This document shows, in pieces, positions 48,501-57,335 of a stretch of 64,000 nt of DNA (its first letter is position 1; the number at the start of each line of letters is the position of its first letter). The translations under genes were made by a program, and so were the position numbers. Below the pieces are notes generated by a model that had not been told where the DNA came from, ran no database searches, and was given only the letters and a program-made list of their open reading frames with translations. The DNA is from a virus, in IMG/VR virus record IMGVR_UViG_3300025723_000034, positions 2,242 to 66,241 of that record, one strand, 5' to 3'.

Positions 48501-51500
48501 TATTTGTTGCTACAGTTAATGTTGGAACGTTGGCCAAATATTGCGGAGCACTAGTTCCCCAATAGTTGTTAGGAAGAGCGGATGCTGTTCCTGCTGTAGT
48601 TGTTGTAATAGATACTGTTACAAGACTTGTCGATACTGTAAAGTCATTAGAATCAATAATATCCTGTATATAATAAACTGTACCAACATTTAATCCGCCT
48701 AACGCAGTTCCTGTAAACTGAATTGGATAATTTACCACCATGTTTGTAGTACTTGCTTGCAAGAAACTATTGTTCGATGGGAAGTTAATAGTCATTGTTG
48801 AGCCAGTAACAGTTGACAATTGCCATACGTTACCGTACAATTGGTTTGTAATTTGAATTGTTACACTATCAACAATCGCGTAGATATAGTAGTAGTATCC
48901 TGTTGTAACTGTACTAAACACGCCTTGTCCGCTAGATGAAAAAGTTAATGGCATGTTAACATACATACCTAACGTGCTTCCAACTGTTAAAGTATTGATA
49001 GTTCCGCCTTGGCTAGCTGTACAAGTTGTTTGTGCTAATCCTGTAGATGTTACCCCTGTTGTATAATATGTAGGAATAAATTGTACTGGTTGATTTAAGT
49101 ATAGTGTACTTGTATTAGCAGTACCTAATGTAAAATATCCTGTACCAGAATTAGTTGAAGTTATTTGAAGACTGTTAAAAGATTCTTTTAATACATAAGC
49201 AAACTTACTAGTTCCGCCGGTGGTTCTGCTATCAAAATAACTAATATATCCATATTGGCCAGCACCTGTTCCGCTGTTAACAAATACACGCATACCGGTA
49301 TAATTACCGTTAGTATTTGTATCAGATTGTGACAATTGAATATATTGTGAAGATCCAGATTGTGCGTTGTTACTAGCTGTTAAATAGCCAGCGCCACCAG
49401 TAACTCCGTTTGAATCAGTAGCGATACGTGTATTGAACACACTATTACTTCTAGTTTCATCGGCAATAGTTACTACACCAGTACCAGCACCAGAAATATT
49501 AAAGTTAGCATAAGCTAGGTATTTTGAATTTGCTACAACTTCTTGATAGAAACTTGGGCTCCATGAGCCTTGATATGATAGTCCTACTCCGTAAGTTCCA
49601 GTTGATCCGTAACCTGATGTAAATCCTGGAGGAATTGTGCTTGATGTTCCTGTTGAAGTTACTCTGTAAACATTATTACCATAAGACAAATATTGTCCTA
49701 CAACAGAATAAGCAGTCGATGCTGTCCATGTTGTTATTGAAGATACTACTGGAACAGAAGATAATTCTACTTGTGATGCATAAGCATAAGTGTATTGACC
49801 AGCTAAACCAGTATAACCTCTTGGATAGAATCTGAATTGTAATTGTGTATTTAGACCAGTTGTATCATTTACAGCAAACCATAGTCTGTACCATCCAGCA
49901 TTTGGAGATGTACTCGATGTTTGTAAGTTAATTGCGCCATATCTGATTGGAAAATATCCGCCGCCGCTACTACTTGGAGTAACTACACCTGTTAAGAAAT
50001 TAAAGTTTATACTACTGTATATCGGATTTGATCCGCCGATTGAATAAATTGCGTAAAGGTCACAACTTGGGCTAGTACCTTGTTTAACTTCAATACTGCA
50101 TGTATAACTAAGGTCGCTTCCTGCCGGAACAACGTTTCCAGATGTTCCTGGAGTTGGTAAACTGATAGATTGAATACCGTTACCAGTCAATCCAGTTACG
50201 TTGATAACACAGTTATTAACGTTGTCAAGACCACCTAACTGGCTTCCTGGAATGTACAACTGACTTCCTGAACCTGCTGAGTATACAGCATAACCGCTAC
50301 CTGGATTTACAACTGTAACAGAATAACCTGTGCTTGTAACAGTTACGTTAAATGTTGCGTTAGTACCTGTACCACTAATGTTTAAAGCACTTAAACCTGT
50401 GTATGTTGTACCTGCTGAAGGTATACTGATATTTTGATACAAGTAACTTCCATCAGTTCCCGATGTTCCACCAGTTAATGTCCATCCTTCAGTTACTCCA
50501 GTTGGCGCAACAGTTACTTTAGAAAATGATACATTACCATCACTAGACCAACTTGCTCCAATAAAATTGTTACTGAAGTTTAATAAATTTGTAGTTGTTG
50601 TAAAATAATTACTACCAGCATTAATATAATCCAATCTTAATAACTGACTATTAGTACCATATGCTTGTTGAACTGTAGCTTGAACTTGTGAGCTTTGATT
50701 GAACACAACGCCAGTTGCTGGAGTTTCTGTTACATCATATCCGGTAGCAATAACACCATATGTACCATATGAGCTGTTACCGTTAGTAGCACGGATGCGT
50801 CCGCCAGCATCTGCCAAGTATCCACTATAACCATAGTAAGAGAATACTGAAACCGCTTCGGTTAATGCTCCTGGTCCGGTACACCAAATACCAATACCAT
50901 CATTAACAATATGTGTAAAGTCGTTGGTAACAATGGATTTATTTCCACCGTTGTGTAATGTACCGTCGACTTTATAACCAGCACAGCCGTTACCAAAAGC
51001 CGTAACGTTTTGTACGTAAGGACTTCGTCGGAAAATCCAAACACTAGTATCGTTTGGACCCATACCTGGATCTAAACAAGCAAAACTTCCGCCAGTTGGA
51101 CGTTGAATTGTATATGAATCAGGTGCTCCTAATGTTCCTAACAATCCGGTTAATGTCATATTTCTTAAACCAGTGCCGTTACGTAAACGGAACATATCTT
51201 TTAAACAGTCTCCTGCATAAAAATTCATCGATAATGCTGTCGACGGAGCAGTCAATGTTACTGTTTGTCCTGTTTGAACTAATGGCACATTAGATGCCGT
51301 TGCTGTCGCAGGATTACTAATTGTCATACTGTAACTACTTGTAGTAAGATTTGAACTAATAGATACAATAGTTGTATTTGCTGGAATTCCTACTCCAGTA
51401 ACATTAGCACCCACTGATAAATTTGAAAAATTAGTTACAAAGTTAACAGTAGTACTGTTTGATGTTGTGGCACCATAAAAATTTATTGTTGGAGCTGTAA

Positions 51501-53958
51501 GAACTCCGAAACTATTTGTAGTAATGGTGCTACCGTTTACATAATATGTTTGACCTGCTGTGACTCCACCAAATGCTTGGTATATAAATGTTGTATTGAT
51601 TGTTGGATCAACAAACTGAATTGGCATTTGATCAGTTAAGCCTGTTGTGGTTGATACTGTAAATGTATTAGTCGGTGAAGGATTAATTGCGGTAACTGTT
51701 CCAGAAATACTGATTGCCGGTTGTACTACAACTCCACGTAATTCATCTCCATAGATAGCACAATTTTCTGGAACATTGATAGGCAATGATTCTGAATATG
51801 TACCAGTCTTAACAAAAATAGTAGCAGTAGTTCCATTATTTGAAGCTGGAACTTGGTTTGTACTTTGCGTACTTAGTGCTGTTGTAACAATACTTAACAA
51901 TGTTGCAGCGGCAGCGGCAGCTCCAGTTTCTGCTACACTAATACTTGTAAATTGACTAATAACAGGGCTTACATTGTTTAAACTTTGGTAACTTGTTCCT
52001 GGAGTAACTTGAGGAATACAATTAGTTGTTATTAGTGTTGATAAGAATTGTAAGCTAGTTACAAAATAATTTATTTCTGTTTGGATGGCGCTATCGAATA
52101 GTGTACCGTTACTACCAAACGCAAAATATGCAAGAGTGGCTGCCACAGTTTGACTGTTACCACCACGTGATAAGTCATATGCTACAGCATCTATAATATA
52201 GTTAGCATCTCTAAATGTCTTAGCTTGATCAAATACTGAACTAGGTGTATATCCATTAGTACTTTGAGATTTTTGGTATACCATCCAGTTGTACATTTCT
52301 GTAGTTAACCAGTTTTTATTTTGTCTTAAAAGATTAACTGCTACTGGATAATTTGTTCCCGCCGCTACAATTTGTGTAGCATATTGAATAGATTTCCAAG
52401 GTTGATCCCATGTTTGTCCGTATGTTGAAATATCTTGACCCGTTGTACTACATACATAATACACCGATGGAACAATATTTGCTGTACTCCAAGTTGGATT
52501 TTTACTAACTGCTTTTAATATATAATTTTGTGTTCCGATTGGGATTGCAGCGTAACCTGGGCCAGTTGTATAAGTTTCAATATCGCCTAATGCGTTCAAC
52601 GCATTTTTTCTAGCGTGTGGAATATAAAATATCCAATATGTATTTGTTGTATCTAAATCTGGACGATTACCGGAAGTTGCTGTATGGTTTTGTACACATA
52701 CATAAGTTCCGTTTTGCCACACAGCAATGTCGCCAATTACATAATTTGTACTGTTGATCCATTTGCTAGTCCAAGAAGTTCCTGGAACAAGTAATGTCCA
52801 ATACGTATAATTTACACCAATAAATGATAGTGAGGTACCATCGGATATGGCTCCATCTGGACCATTACTAATTACCAATGTAGTGCTATCAGTTACACTT
52901 ACAACTGCTTGTCCTGCTGTAAACGCAGGATTGATAATATTCATACCAGTTGTAATACCAGTTGTACTAGCAACTTTTAATGTTGTTCCTGAACTTCCAG
53001 TTGCAGTATATGTAGTTGATACAGAATATGCTGCAGGATCTTGACTATTATTATCTGCGATTGCTTCATATAGTTGGCCATGACGTCTTACTACTGAACC
53101 TATCTTGTACTGGCCTCCGCTTGCCCAATCTCCTAAGAAGCTATAACCTTGTGCCAATAAAGTCCAGTCAGTACTATCAGTGCTAGGAACATTATTTGTA
53201 TTATTGACAGTATTGCTAATATAAGTATAACCGCCGTATACAACAACATCACCTGGTTGATAGATTGTTACAGTTGACCATGAGCCTTGATATTCTTTAC
53301 CTGGGAACCATAAAGTCCAATGGCCTGGTACAAATGTTGTATCAGTATTATAAACTGAACAAATATATAAATCAGCATTTAATTTAACAACATCTCGTAC
53401 TTTGTAACGTGTATTAGATGCCCAAGCACCTTTATATTCGATACCTTGATCAACAATAACCCAATTGCTCAAATCATTTTCAAGACCCAATGCAGTTGTA
53501 GAAGCACTTGTGTGATTGGCAATACACTTATAAACAGTTCCGCCGTACTTAACTACATCGTTGATACCATAAGTTGTATTAATAGTCCAAGCAGTATGCC
53601 AGGCTGTGAATTCAGTATAGATAGTCCAGTTAGCAGAATCGGCGGCAAATGCAGTACTAGTATGAGCAGTATTACAATAATAAACAATACCACCAAATAT
53701 AACCACATGGTTCAATCCATATGAGTGGTTTGTTGTCCATGCTCCGGCCCATGTTTTACCGTCTGTTACTTTTTGCCAAACTGGATATGGAACAGCATAA
53801 AGGTCAGTGTAAAAATTTGCGCTAGATGTACTAGGCACTAAACAAGCGTAAGCCGAGCCGTCATTAAAGACTACGTCATCTCGAGCATACGTAGTACTTG
53901 GCGCCCAAGTACCTTTCCAATTAAAGCGCAATCTGCCAATTTTAAATTCTGCTGCCAT
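45532..53958 (-). CDS. Giant virion structural / fibre protein (2808 aa), paralogue of the 3620-aa protein
   Basis: Shares its N-terminus (AEFK.GR..F...GTWAPST.Y), RATNGNSSYGTYGV, YSQ.RLT.HDFL.IG.G, TSTDQDGNF.VG.LFGVQQ.TG and LPTQ.AIKAY with 34621-45483. Confidence 0.8.
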   Translation of the reverse strand: MAAEFKIGRLRFNWKGTWAPSTTYARDDVVFNDGSAYACLVPSTSSANFYTDLYAVPYPVWQKVTDGKTWAGAWTTNHSYGLNHVVIFGGIVYYCNTAHTSTAFAADSANWTIYTEFTAWHTAWTINTTYGINDVVKYGGTVYKCIANHTSASTTALGLENDLSNWVIVDQGIEYKGAWASNTRYKVRDVVKLNADLYICSVYNTDTTFVPGHWTLWFPGKEYQGSWSTVTIYQPGDVVVYGGYTYISNTVNNTNNVPSTDSTDWTLLAQGYSFLGDWASGGQYKIGSVVRRHGQLYEAIADNNSQDPAAYSVSTTYTATGSSGTTLKVASTTGITTGMNIINPAFTAGQAVVSVTDSTTLVISNGPDGAISDGTSLSFIGVNYTYWTLLVPGTSWTSKWINSTNYVIGDIAVWQNGTYVCVQNHTATSGNRPDLDTTNTYWIFYIPHARKNALNALGDIETYTTGPGYAAIPIGTQNYILKAVSKNPTWSTANIVPSVYYVCSTTGQDISTYGQTWDQPWKSIQYATQIVAAGTNYPVAVNLLRQNKNWLTTEMYNWMVYQKSQSTNGYTPSSVFDQAKTFRDANYIIDAVAYDLSRGGNSQTVAATLAYFAFGSNGTLFDSAIQTEINYFVTSLQFLSTLITTNCIPQVTPGTSYQSLNNVSPVISQFTSISVAETGAAAAAATLLSIVTTALSTQSTNQVPASNNGTTATIFVKTGTYSESLPINVPENCAIYGDELRGVVVQPAISISGTVTAINPSPTNTFTVSTTTGLTDQMPIQFVDPTINTTFIYQAFGGVTAGQTYYVNGSTITTNSFGVLTAPTINFYGATTSNSTTVNFVTNFSNLSVGANVTGVGIPANTTIVSISSNLTTSSYSMTISNPATATASNVPLVQTGQTVTLTAPSTALSMNFYAGDCLKDMFRLRNGTGLRNMTLTGLLGTLGAPDSYTIQRPTGGSFACLDPGMGPNDTSVWIFRRSPYVQNVTAFGNGCAGYKVDGTLHNGGNKSIVTNDFTHIVNDGIGIWCTGPGALTEAVSVFSYYGYSGYLADAGGRIRATNGNSSYGTYGVIATGYDVTETPATGVVFNQSSQVQATVQQAYGTNSQLLRLDYINAGSNYFTTTTNLLNFSNNFIGASWSSDGNVSFSKVTVAPTGVTEGWTLTGGTSGTDGSYLYQNISIPSAGTTYTGLSALNISGTGTNATFNVTVTSTGYSVTVVNPGSGYAVYSAGSGSQLYIPGSQLGGLDNVNNCVINVTGLTGNGIQSISLPTPGTSGNVVPAGSDLSYTCSIEVKQGTSPSCDLYAIYSIGGSNPIYSSINFNFLTGVVTPSSSGGGYFPIRYGAINLQTSSTSPNAGWYRLWFAVNDTTGLNTQLQFRFYPRGYTGLAGQYTYAYASQVELSSVPVVSSITTWTASTAYSVVGQYLSYGNNVYRVTSTGTSSTIPPGFTSGYGSTGTYGVGLSYQGSWSPSFYQEVVANSKYLAYANFNISGAGTGVVTIADETRSNSVFNTRIATDSNGVTGGAGYLTASNNAQSGSSQYIQLSQSDTNTNGNYTGMRVFVNSGTGAGQYGYISYFDSRTTGGTSKFAYVLKESFNSLQITSTNSGTGYFTLGTANTSTLYLNQPVQFIPTYYTTGVTSTGLAQTTCTASQGGTINTLTVGSTLGMYVNMPLTFSSSGQGVFSTVTTGYYYYIYAIVDSVTIQITNQLYGNVWQLSTVTGSTMTINFPSNNSFLQASTTNMVVNYPIQFTGTALGGLNVGTVYYIQDIIDSNDFTVSTSLVTVSITTTTAGTASALPNNYWGTSAPQYLANVPTLTVATNTSSLVLLTPILLTNVFDSSITDSTKYYISNIINSTTFTISASLITQTVTQTTTISNLLTCSDTSLFQINQPIKFIGTSFDSAIKTESVYYISTVQSSTTFTISQSPGGPNVNLNGATGSMTLNTCPAALALTGGTGTMTGTSTQSKTALSLGIGSMNGTFSTSLFGGITLGQTYYVQSIPSTSTFAVSLSTGTISGTSTSASPISIVTKTGSMNVAAVGWDHINPGTPIQSVLDNTSVYYIEPRTIYSAPPFTQTVATSTVSLAAGTTWSSVAYGNGLFVAIPSTNTLAAYSTDGSSWTSLSLPSSKTWTSVAYGNGYWVIISSGGASNSTVAVSKSNGLGWRSYTLPSATTWNKVVYGNGTFVAIATGTNSAAYSTNYGATWTASTLPSTAAWSSIAYGNNLFVAVSSTGSALVTQALTGGGSSSTNTFTVTSTSGIIVGQIVSGAGLPSGTTVTNVDSGTGTITVSNNFTGLGSGTYSFFAATSTGAAYSTNGITWIASTMPAGRWVSVTFGQGMFLAVSSLSGLTCYSFDGKTWYSSTIAIAATIVRYGQGVFLALNNASTTAYTSEDGIQWIQQTVTNDGYSAACFGYTGVSYNGVFVTLAGQSTGSTISAGCITKGRATVNSGVINYISEWEPGSGYINGNTPIVPTATFSDPNVTTLAVVNPRTSNGVLSSPTFYNRGTGYTTASTQVVITGNGFADTYQTGLMLVLNNLTRLPSPGDNLTISGVSQIYKVTSAYSVFNTVVPLLEANVFVSPSISVANSTANGTQVSIRSKYSQARLTNHDFLNIGYGDQANSNYPGYPLSGYASTPSNQTVETNYGRVFYTSTDQDGNFKVGGLFGVQQATGIVTLSASQFGLSGLNSLSLGGISVGGSSVVVTQFSTDTTFTANSDAALPTQRAIKAYLTGRLSQGGSNTFTGQLTAGTVVVGGANYIRSTIANGVNGSVVKMANKVYINGNGVDGSMAALDFFIRGGTHKTGRIGFGGN
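50752..50793. repeat. 42-bp perfect repeat, copy 2
   Basis: Identical to 38617-38658. Confidence 0.9.
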
Positions 53959-53990
53959 GTCTAAATTCCTTGTATTCTATTACTTATCTA

Positions 53991-54374
53991 TTATACTGCG
54001 CTTACTATTTGCGGTGCTGAATAATTGTAAACTTGATTAATTCTTACTACTAGTTGTCCTGTAGCACTATCAAGATAATAATAACAATTTTTATTATCCC
54101 AACGATACTGGTCAAACACTAAATTTGGATAAGGACGACTGTGGTCCGTTGCTAAACGTCCGTCGAAGAAGTCTACTCCATATTCAAAGTTTTCAAAGTT
54201 TTCTGAGTTTGGTCCAGGGACATTAATTGATATACTTGCCGAAGAACTTAATTGATCGACTTTATAAAAGTAAAGAGTCCCGTCATCTGCTCTTGTTAGT
54301 CCGTAGAAATATCTAGGATTTCCTTCGCCTAACAAGTCATTTAAACTATATTCATTTCCAACATAATAGGTCAT
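53991..54374 (-). CDS. Hypothetical virion-associated protein
   Basis: 127 aa, AGGA RBS, co-oriented within the structural operon. Confidence 0.7.
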   Translation of the reverse strand: MTYYVGNEYSLNDLLGEGNPRYFYGLTRADDGTLYFYKVDQLSSSASISINVPGPNSENFENFEYGVDFFDGRLATDHSRPYPNLVFDQYRWDNKNCYYYLDSATGQLVVRINQVYNYSAPQIVSAV

Positions 54375-54385
54375 AATTATTATCC

Positions 54386-54718
54386 TTAACTGATTTCAAC
54401 GTAACTCATTACAAGATCTAAACTAGTATCTTGATTAGCTTTGATGATAACATTTGTACTAGGTCCTAATACTAAACGTTCGCCACCGTTAATTACTCTG
54501 GCACTAGTGTTAGGAGGTATTACAATATTTTGAACATAGTAAGCACTAGTGCTTGCTATGGTATCTTGAATCTGTATACTAGCCAACAATACGTTAGCTG
54601 TTGTATTTGTTAAACTAAGTCCGATAACTGTAGTTTTTGCGCTTGCGTTAGTGGTCAAAACAGTAGTAGGTGTTGTACCTAGTCCTGAATTTAAAACGTT
54701 TTTAAAAGCTGTTGTCAT
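54386..54718 (-). CDS. Small virion beta-sandwich protein (paralogue of 34268 and 58142)
   Basis: Motifs TTVIGLSLTN, IPPN.S, GERLVL and SYVEI. Confidence 0.7.
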   Translation of the reverse strand: MTTAFKNVLNSGLGTTPTTVLTTNASAKTTVIGLSLTNTTANVLLASIQIQDTIASTSAYYVQNIVIPPNTSARVINGGERLVLGPSTNVIIKANQDTSLDLVMSYVEIS

Positions 54719-54724
54719 TTCTGT

Positions 54725-55780
54725 TTATCCTATCATAAGCGCAGATTCGATGCCAATATCGGTTGCGTCAGAAAATGTAACACCTGTGCTTATTCCTGCT
54801 ACGCTAATCCAATTTGTACCATTAAATATTTCCATATACTGTAAAACAGTATTGTATCTCATCATTCCAGTTTCGGTATACCGTATAGCTGGGTAATTGC
54901 TTGTTGTTCCTACTGGAACAACAACTCCAATAGTTCCTGGAAATTTAGCATATCCAGATCCTGTTTCTGCAAATGTAGTTACAGCATTAGATACTGTGTT
55001 AGTAATACTACTGCCTACAAATCGCAAACTACCTATAACTATACCACCTGTGCCTGAAGTTGAAAGATTTATGTCTGTATTCGATGAAATTGCACTAATT
55101 GTATTATTACTTATCTCTAATTGACTGGAATAAAAATTAGTAGTATTTACGGTGGTACTATTTGTAGTAGTTACATAAGCATTATTGGCGTATACATTGT
55201 TCCATTGTAATGTGCTTGAACCCAAATCATATGAATTATTCTGATTTGGGATAATATTACTGCCGATTTCGCCATCAAATGTAACTGTGTCAGTGCTAGC
55301 ATTTCCAAGGGTAATATTGCCATCTGCTGTAATATTCCCAGTTGCGTGTAAGTTGCCATTAACTAAAGTATTGGCATTTAACTTTACTTGACCAGAGCCA
55401 GTTGGACTAAGATTTATGTCTGTATTTGTACCTACACTACTAATTACATTATTACTAACTTGGAGTTGTCCGACACTAATTGTGCCTTGATACACAACAC
55501 CATTAGCACCATTCGGTACTAGAGTTATTATAGAATTTGTACTGGAGATTGTACTATTGCTAATTGTAATATCAGCAATAGTTGTAGAATTTGATACTTG
55601 AAGATTGGTAGTACGGGTTGTTCCATTAACATCTAAGTCGTATTGCGGTGTAGATGTGTTGATACCGATGCGGCTATTATTAACATCTAAGTAAAGTAAG
55701 CTCGTCTCAAAGGCTAAATTAACCCCGTTGCGAAGGAGGTTGTCCTTTAAGAGCGGACCCGAAATTCGACCAACAGCCAT
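54725..55780 (-). CDS. Virion fibre/baseplate-associated protein
   Basis: N-terminus GRISGPLLKDNLLRNGVNLAFET and RIGINT..P..DLDVNG. DINLS..G.G repeats. C-terminal PVGTT...GMMRYN...EIFNG..W. Confidence 0.7.
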   Translation of the reverse strand: MAVGRISGPLLKDNLLRNGVNLAFETSLLYLDVNNSRIGINTSTPQYDLDVNGTTRTTNLQVSNSTTIADITISNSTISSTNSIITLVPNGANGVVYQGTISVGQLQVSNNVISSVGTNTDINLSPTGSGQVKLNANTLVNGNLHATGNITADGNITLGNASTDTVTFDGEIGSNIIPNQNNSYDLGSSTLQWNNVYANNAYVTTTNSTTVNTTNFYSSQLEISNNTISAISSNTDINLSTSGTGGIVIGSLRFVGSSITNTVSNAVTTFAETGSGYAKFPGTIGVVVPVGTTSNYPAIRYTETGMMRYNTVLQYMEIFNGTNWISVAGISTGVTFSDATDIGIESALMIG

Positions 55781-55909
55781 TTACGCTCCCGTATACCCCG
55801 TGTTTCACGGTTAACCATTTTGGACATAGTCCGCATCCGTTTTGACGGCTCTTTGCTGGTTTACCACAGTTGAATATCGCAAAAACTTGGTCAGCTTTTG
55901 CAGTAATAG
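55781..55909 (-). ncRNA. Candidate structured cis-regulatory leader RNA
   Basis: Four hairpins plus a closing helix lie between the late box (55917-55910) and the GGGAG RBS; see findings. Confidence 0.5.
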
Positions 55910-55917
55910 TATTTATC
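55910..55917 (-). promoter_or_regulatory. Late promoter box (GATAAATA)
   Basis: Just downstream of the 55926 stop, at the head of the structured leader. Confidence 0.6.
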
Positions 55918-55925
55918 GGTTCGGC

Positions 55926-57320
55926 TTATAAACCTAACACAAGGGCCCAAATTCCGGTAATATCGTTTACTTCGCTGTTGGTTATAATAGTAGCTGTGCC
56001 TCTGACTGGGATCCATCCTAAAGTATTGTCATATACTTCAGGGTATCCTAAATCCGAGTTGTATCTAGTAGTTCCTTGTTCAGGAGTGTTTGGTCGTTGT
56101 TGTGTAGTTCCTGACGGAATCACTACACCGTTAGCTCCGTCAAATTTTGTATAACCGTTGTTAGTGCCTGCGATCGTTAACACATTATTACTATTGTTAG
56201 TTATTGTAGAATCTGTTAAACTAGTTGTACTGTTAGTCAATTGTAACTTTCCAGTACCGGATGGAGTTAATGTAATATCAGTACTACTGTTCGAGTTAAT
56301 AATAGTATTTTGATTGACGGATACACCGCCGGCTGTCATAGTGCCTGCTGTTAGTGTAGGCAAATATCCGGTTACTATATTAAGATTATTTGTATATAAA
56401 TTATTCCATTGTAAACTATTTGAGCCTAAATTGTCAACTTGGTTAGCACTGGGTAATATATCACTATTAACTTCTGCTTCAAACGTAATAGTATCTGTTG
56501 GGGCGTTACCAAGAGTAACATTACCATCCCAAGTAATATTTCCTGTTGCGTGTACATTACCAGTAACTAGTGTGTCATTATTTAATACGATCCTAGCATC
56601 TAATTCTGGAGCATAATCTACGCTAGTTATTGTCATCGGCCAAATATTATTGGCAGTTTTTGACAATATATTATTAATAATTGGTAGGATTATGTACCCG
56701 TAACTTCCGCTTATTCCTGCGTTAGAAAGCGGGAATACACTCCCGTCATTGAAAGTTACAGTAGCTGAGTTATTCATCCAAGCTTCGTCAATAGCCATAT
56801 CACTTGCAGTTAATAACTGAGGGAAAGATACATATTGATTGCCGCCGCCAGCGTAAAATGGTAAAGGTGTATTACCTGCGGCATCGTGTTGAAGTACTAG
56901 CCTTTCTCCAATTTGCGGAGTAAAGCTAGGGTTGATATTAATATCTGTATTAGATGTTGTAGCATTTACAACATTAGAACCGAAGTTTAAATTATCAGTT
57001 GCTAAGTTATTTTCAATGCTAATAACCGGGCTACTAGCCTGATTCGGAACAATATTAATTATATCGACAAAATTTTGAATTTGACTATTTGTAATTTCAA
57101 AATTTGATCCTAGATCAGCTTGGGTAGTTACTAACAATGTATTAGTATTGCTAGTGCCGTTTACTAATAAATCTCTAGTAGGAGAAGTTGTATTAATACC
57201 AATACGGTTATTAATAACATCAAAGTATAAAAGCTGTGTTTCAAACGCGAGATTTACACCGTTACGCTTTAAATTATTTGCTAGTAACGGGCCGCTTATT
57301 CTACCTAGTTCTCGCCCCAT
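55926..57320 (-). CDS. Virion fibre/baseplate-associated protein, paralogue of 54725-55780 with an extra internal domain
   Basis: N-terminus GRISGPLLANNLKRNGVNLAFET. Shared G.VHATGNIT.DGN.TLGNA.TDT.TF motif. About 110-aa insertion. Confidence 0.7.
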   Translation of the reverse strand: MGRELGRISGPLLANNLKRNGVNLAFETQLLYFDVINNRIGINTTSPTRDLLVNGTSNTNTLLVTTQADLGSNFEITNSQIQNFVDIINIVPNQASSPVISIENNLATDNLNFGSNVVNATTSNTDININPSFTPQIGERLVLQHDAAGNTPLPFYAGGGNQYVSFPQLLTASDMAIDEAWMNNSATVTFNDGSVFPLSNAGISGSYGYIILPIINNILSKTANNIWPMTITSVDYAPELDARIVLNNDTLVTGNVHATGNITWDGNVTLGNAPTDTITFEAEVNSDILPSANQVDNLGSNSLQWNNLYTNNLNIVTGYLPTLTAGTMTAGGVSVNQNTIINSNSSTDITLTPSGTGKLQLTNSTTSLTDSTITNNSNNVLTIAGTNNGYTKFDGANGVVIPSGTTQQRPNTPEQGTTRYNSDLGYPEVYDNTLGWIPVRGTATIITNSEVNDITGIWALVLGL

Positions 57321-57335
57321 AGTAGTTGCCTGCCT

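Noticed and set aside
38617-50793. Repeat pair as a diversity-generating retroelement TR/VR
   Set aside because: The copies are identical with no adenine-specific mismatches, both lie mid-gene, and no reverse transcriptase is present in the window.
34993-53724. Many short + strand ORFs inside the giant genes (also inside the sheath, Gly-rich and capsid-region genes)
   Set aside because: They are antisense shadows of biased Thr/Gly/Ser/Val codons, with no RBS or recognisable motifs.
55781-55909. Possible hammerhead ribozyme or tRNA in the structured leader
   Set aside because: There is no CUGANGA core paired with the GAAA, and no T-loop or cloverleaf. It is kept only as an unclassified structured RNA.
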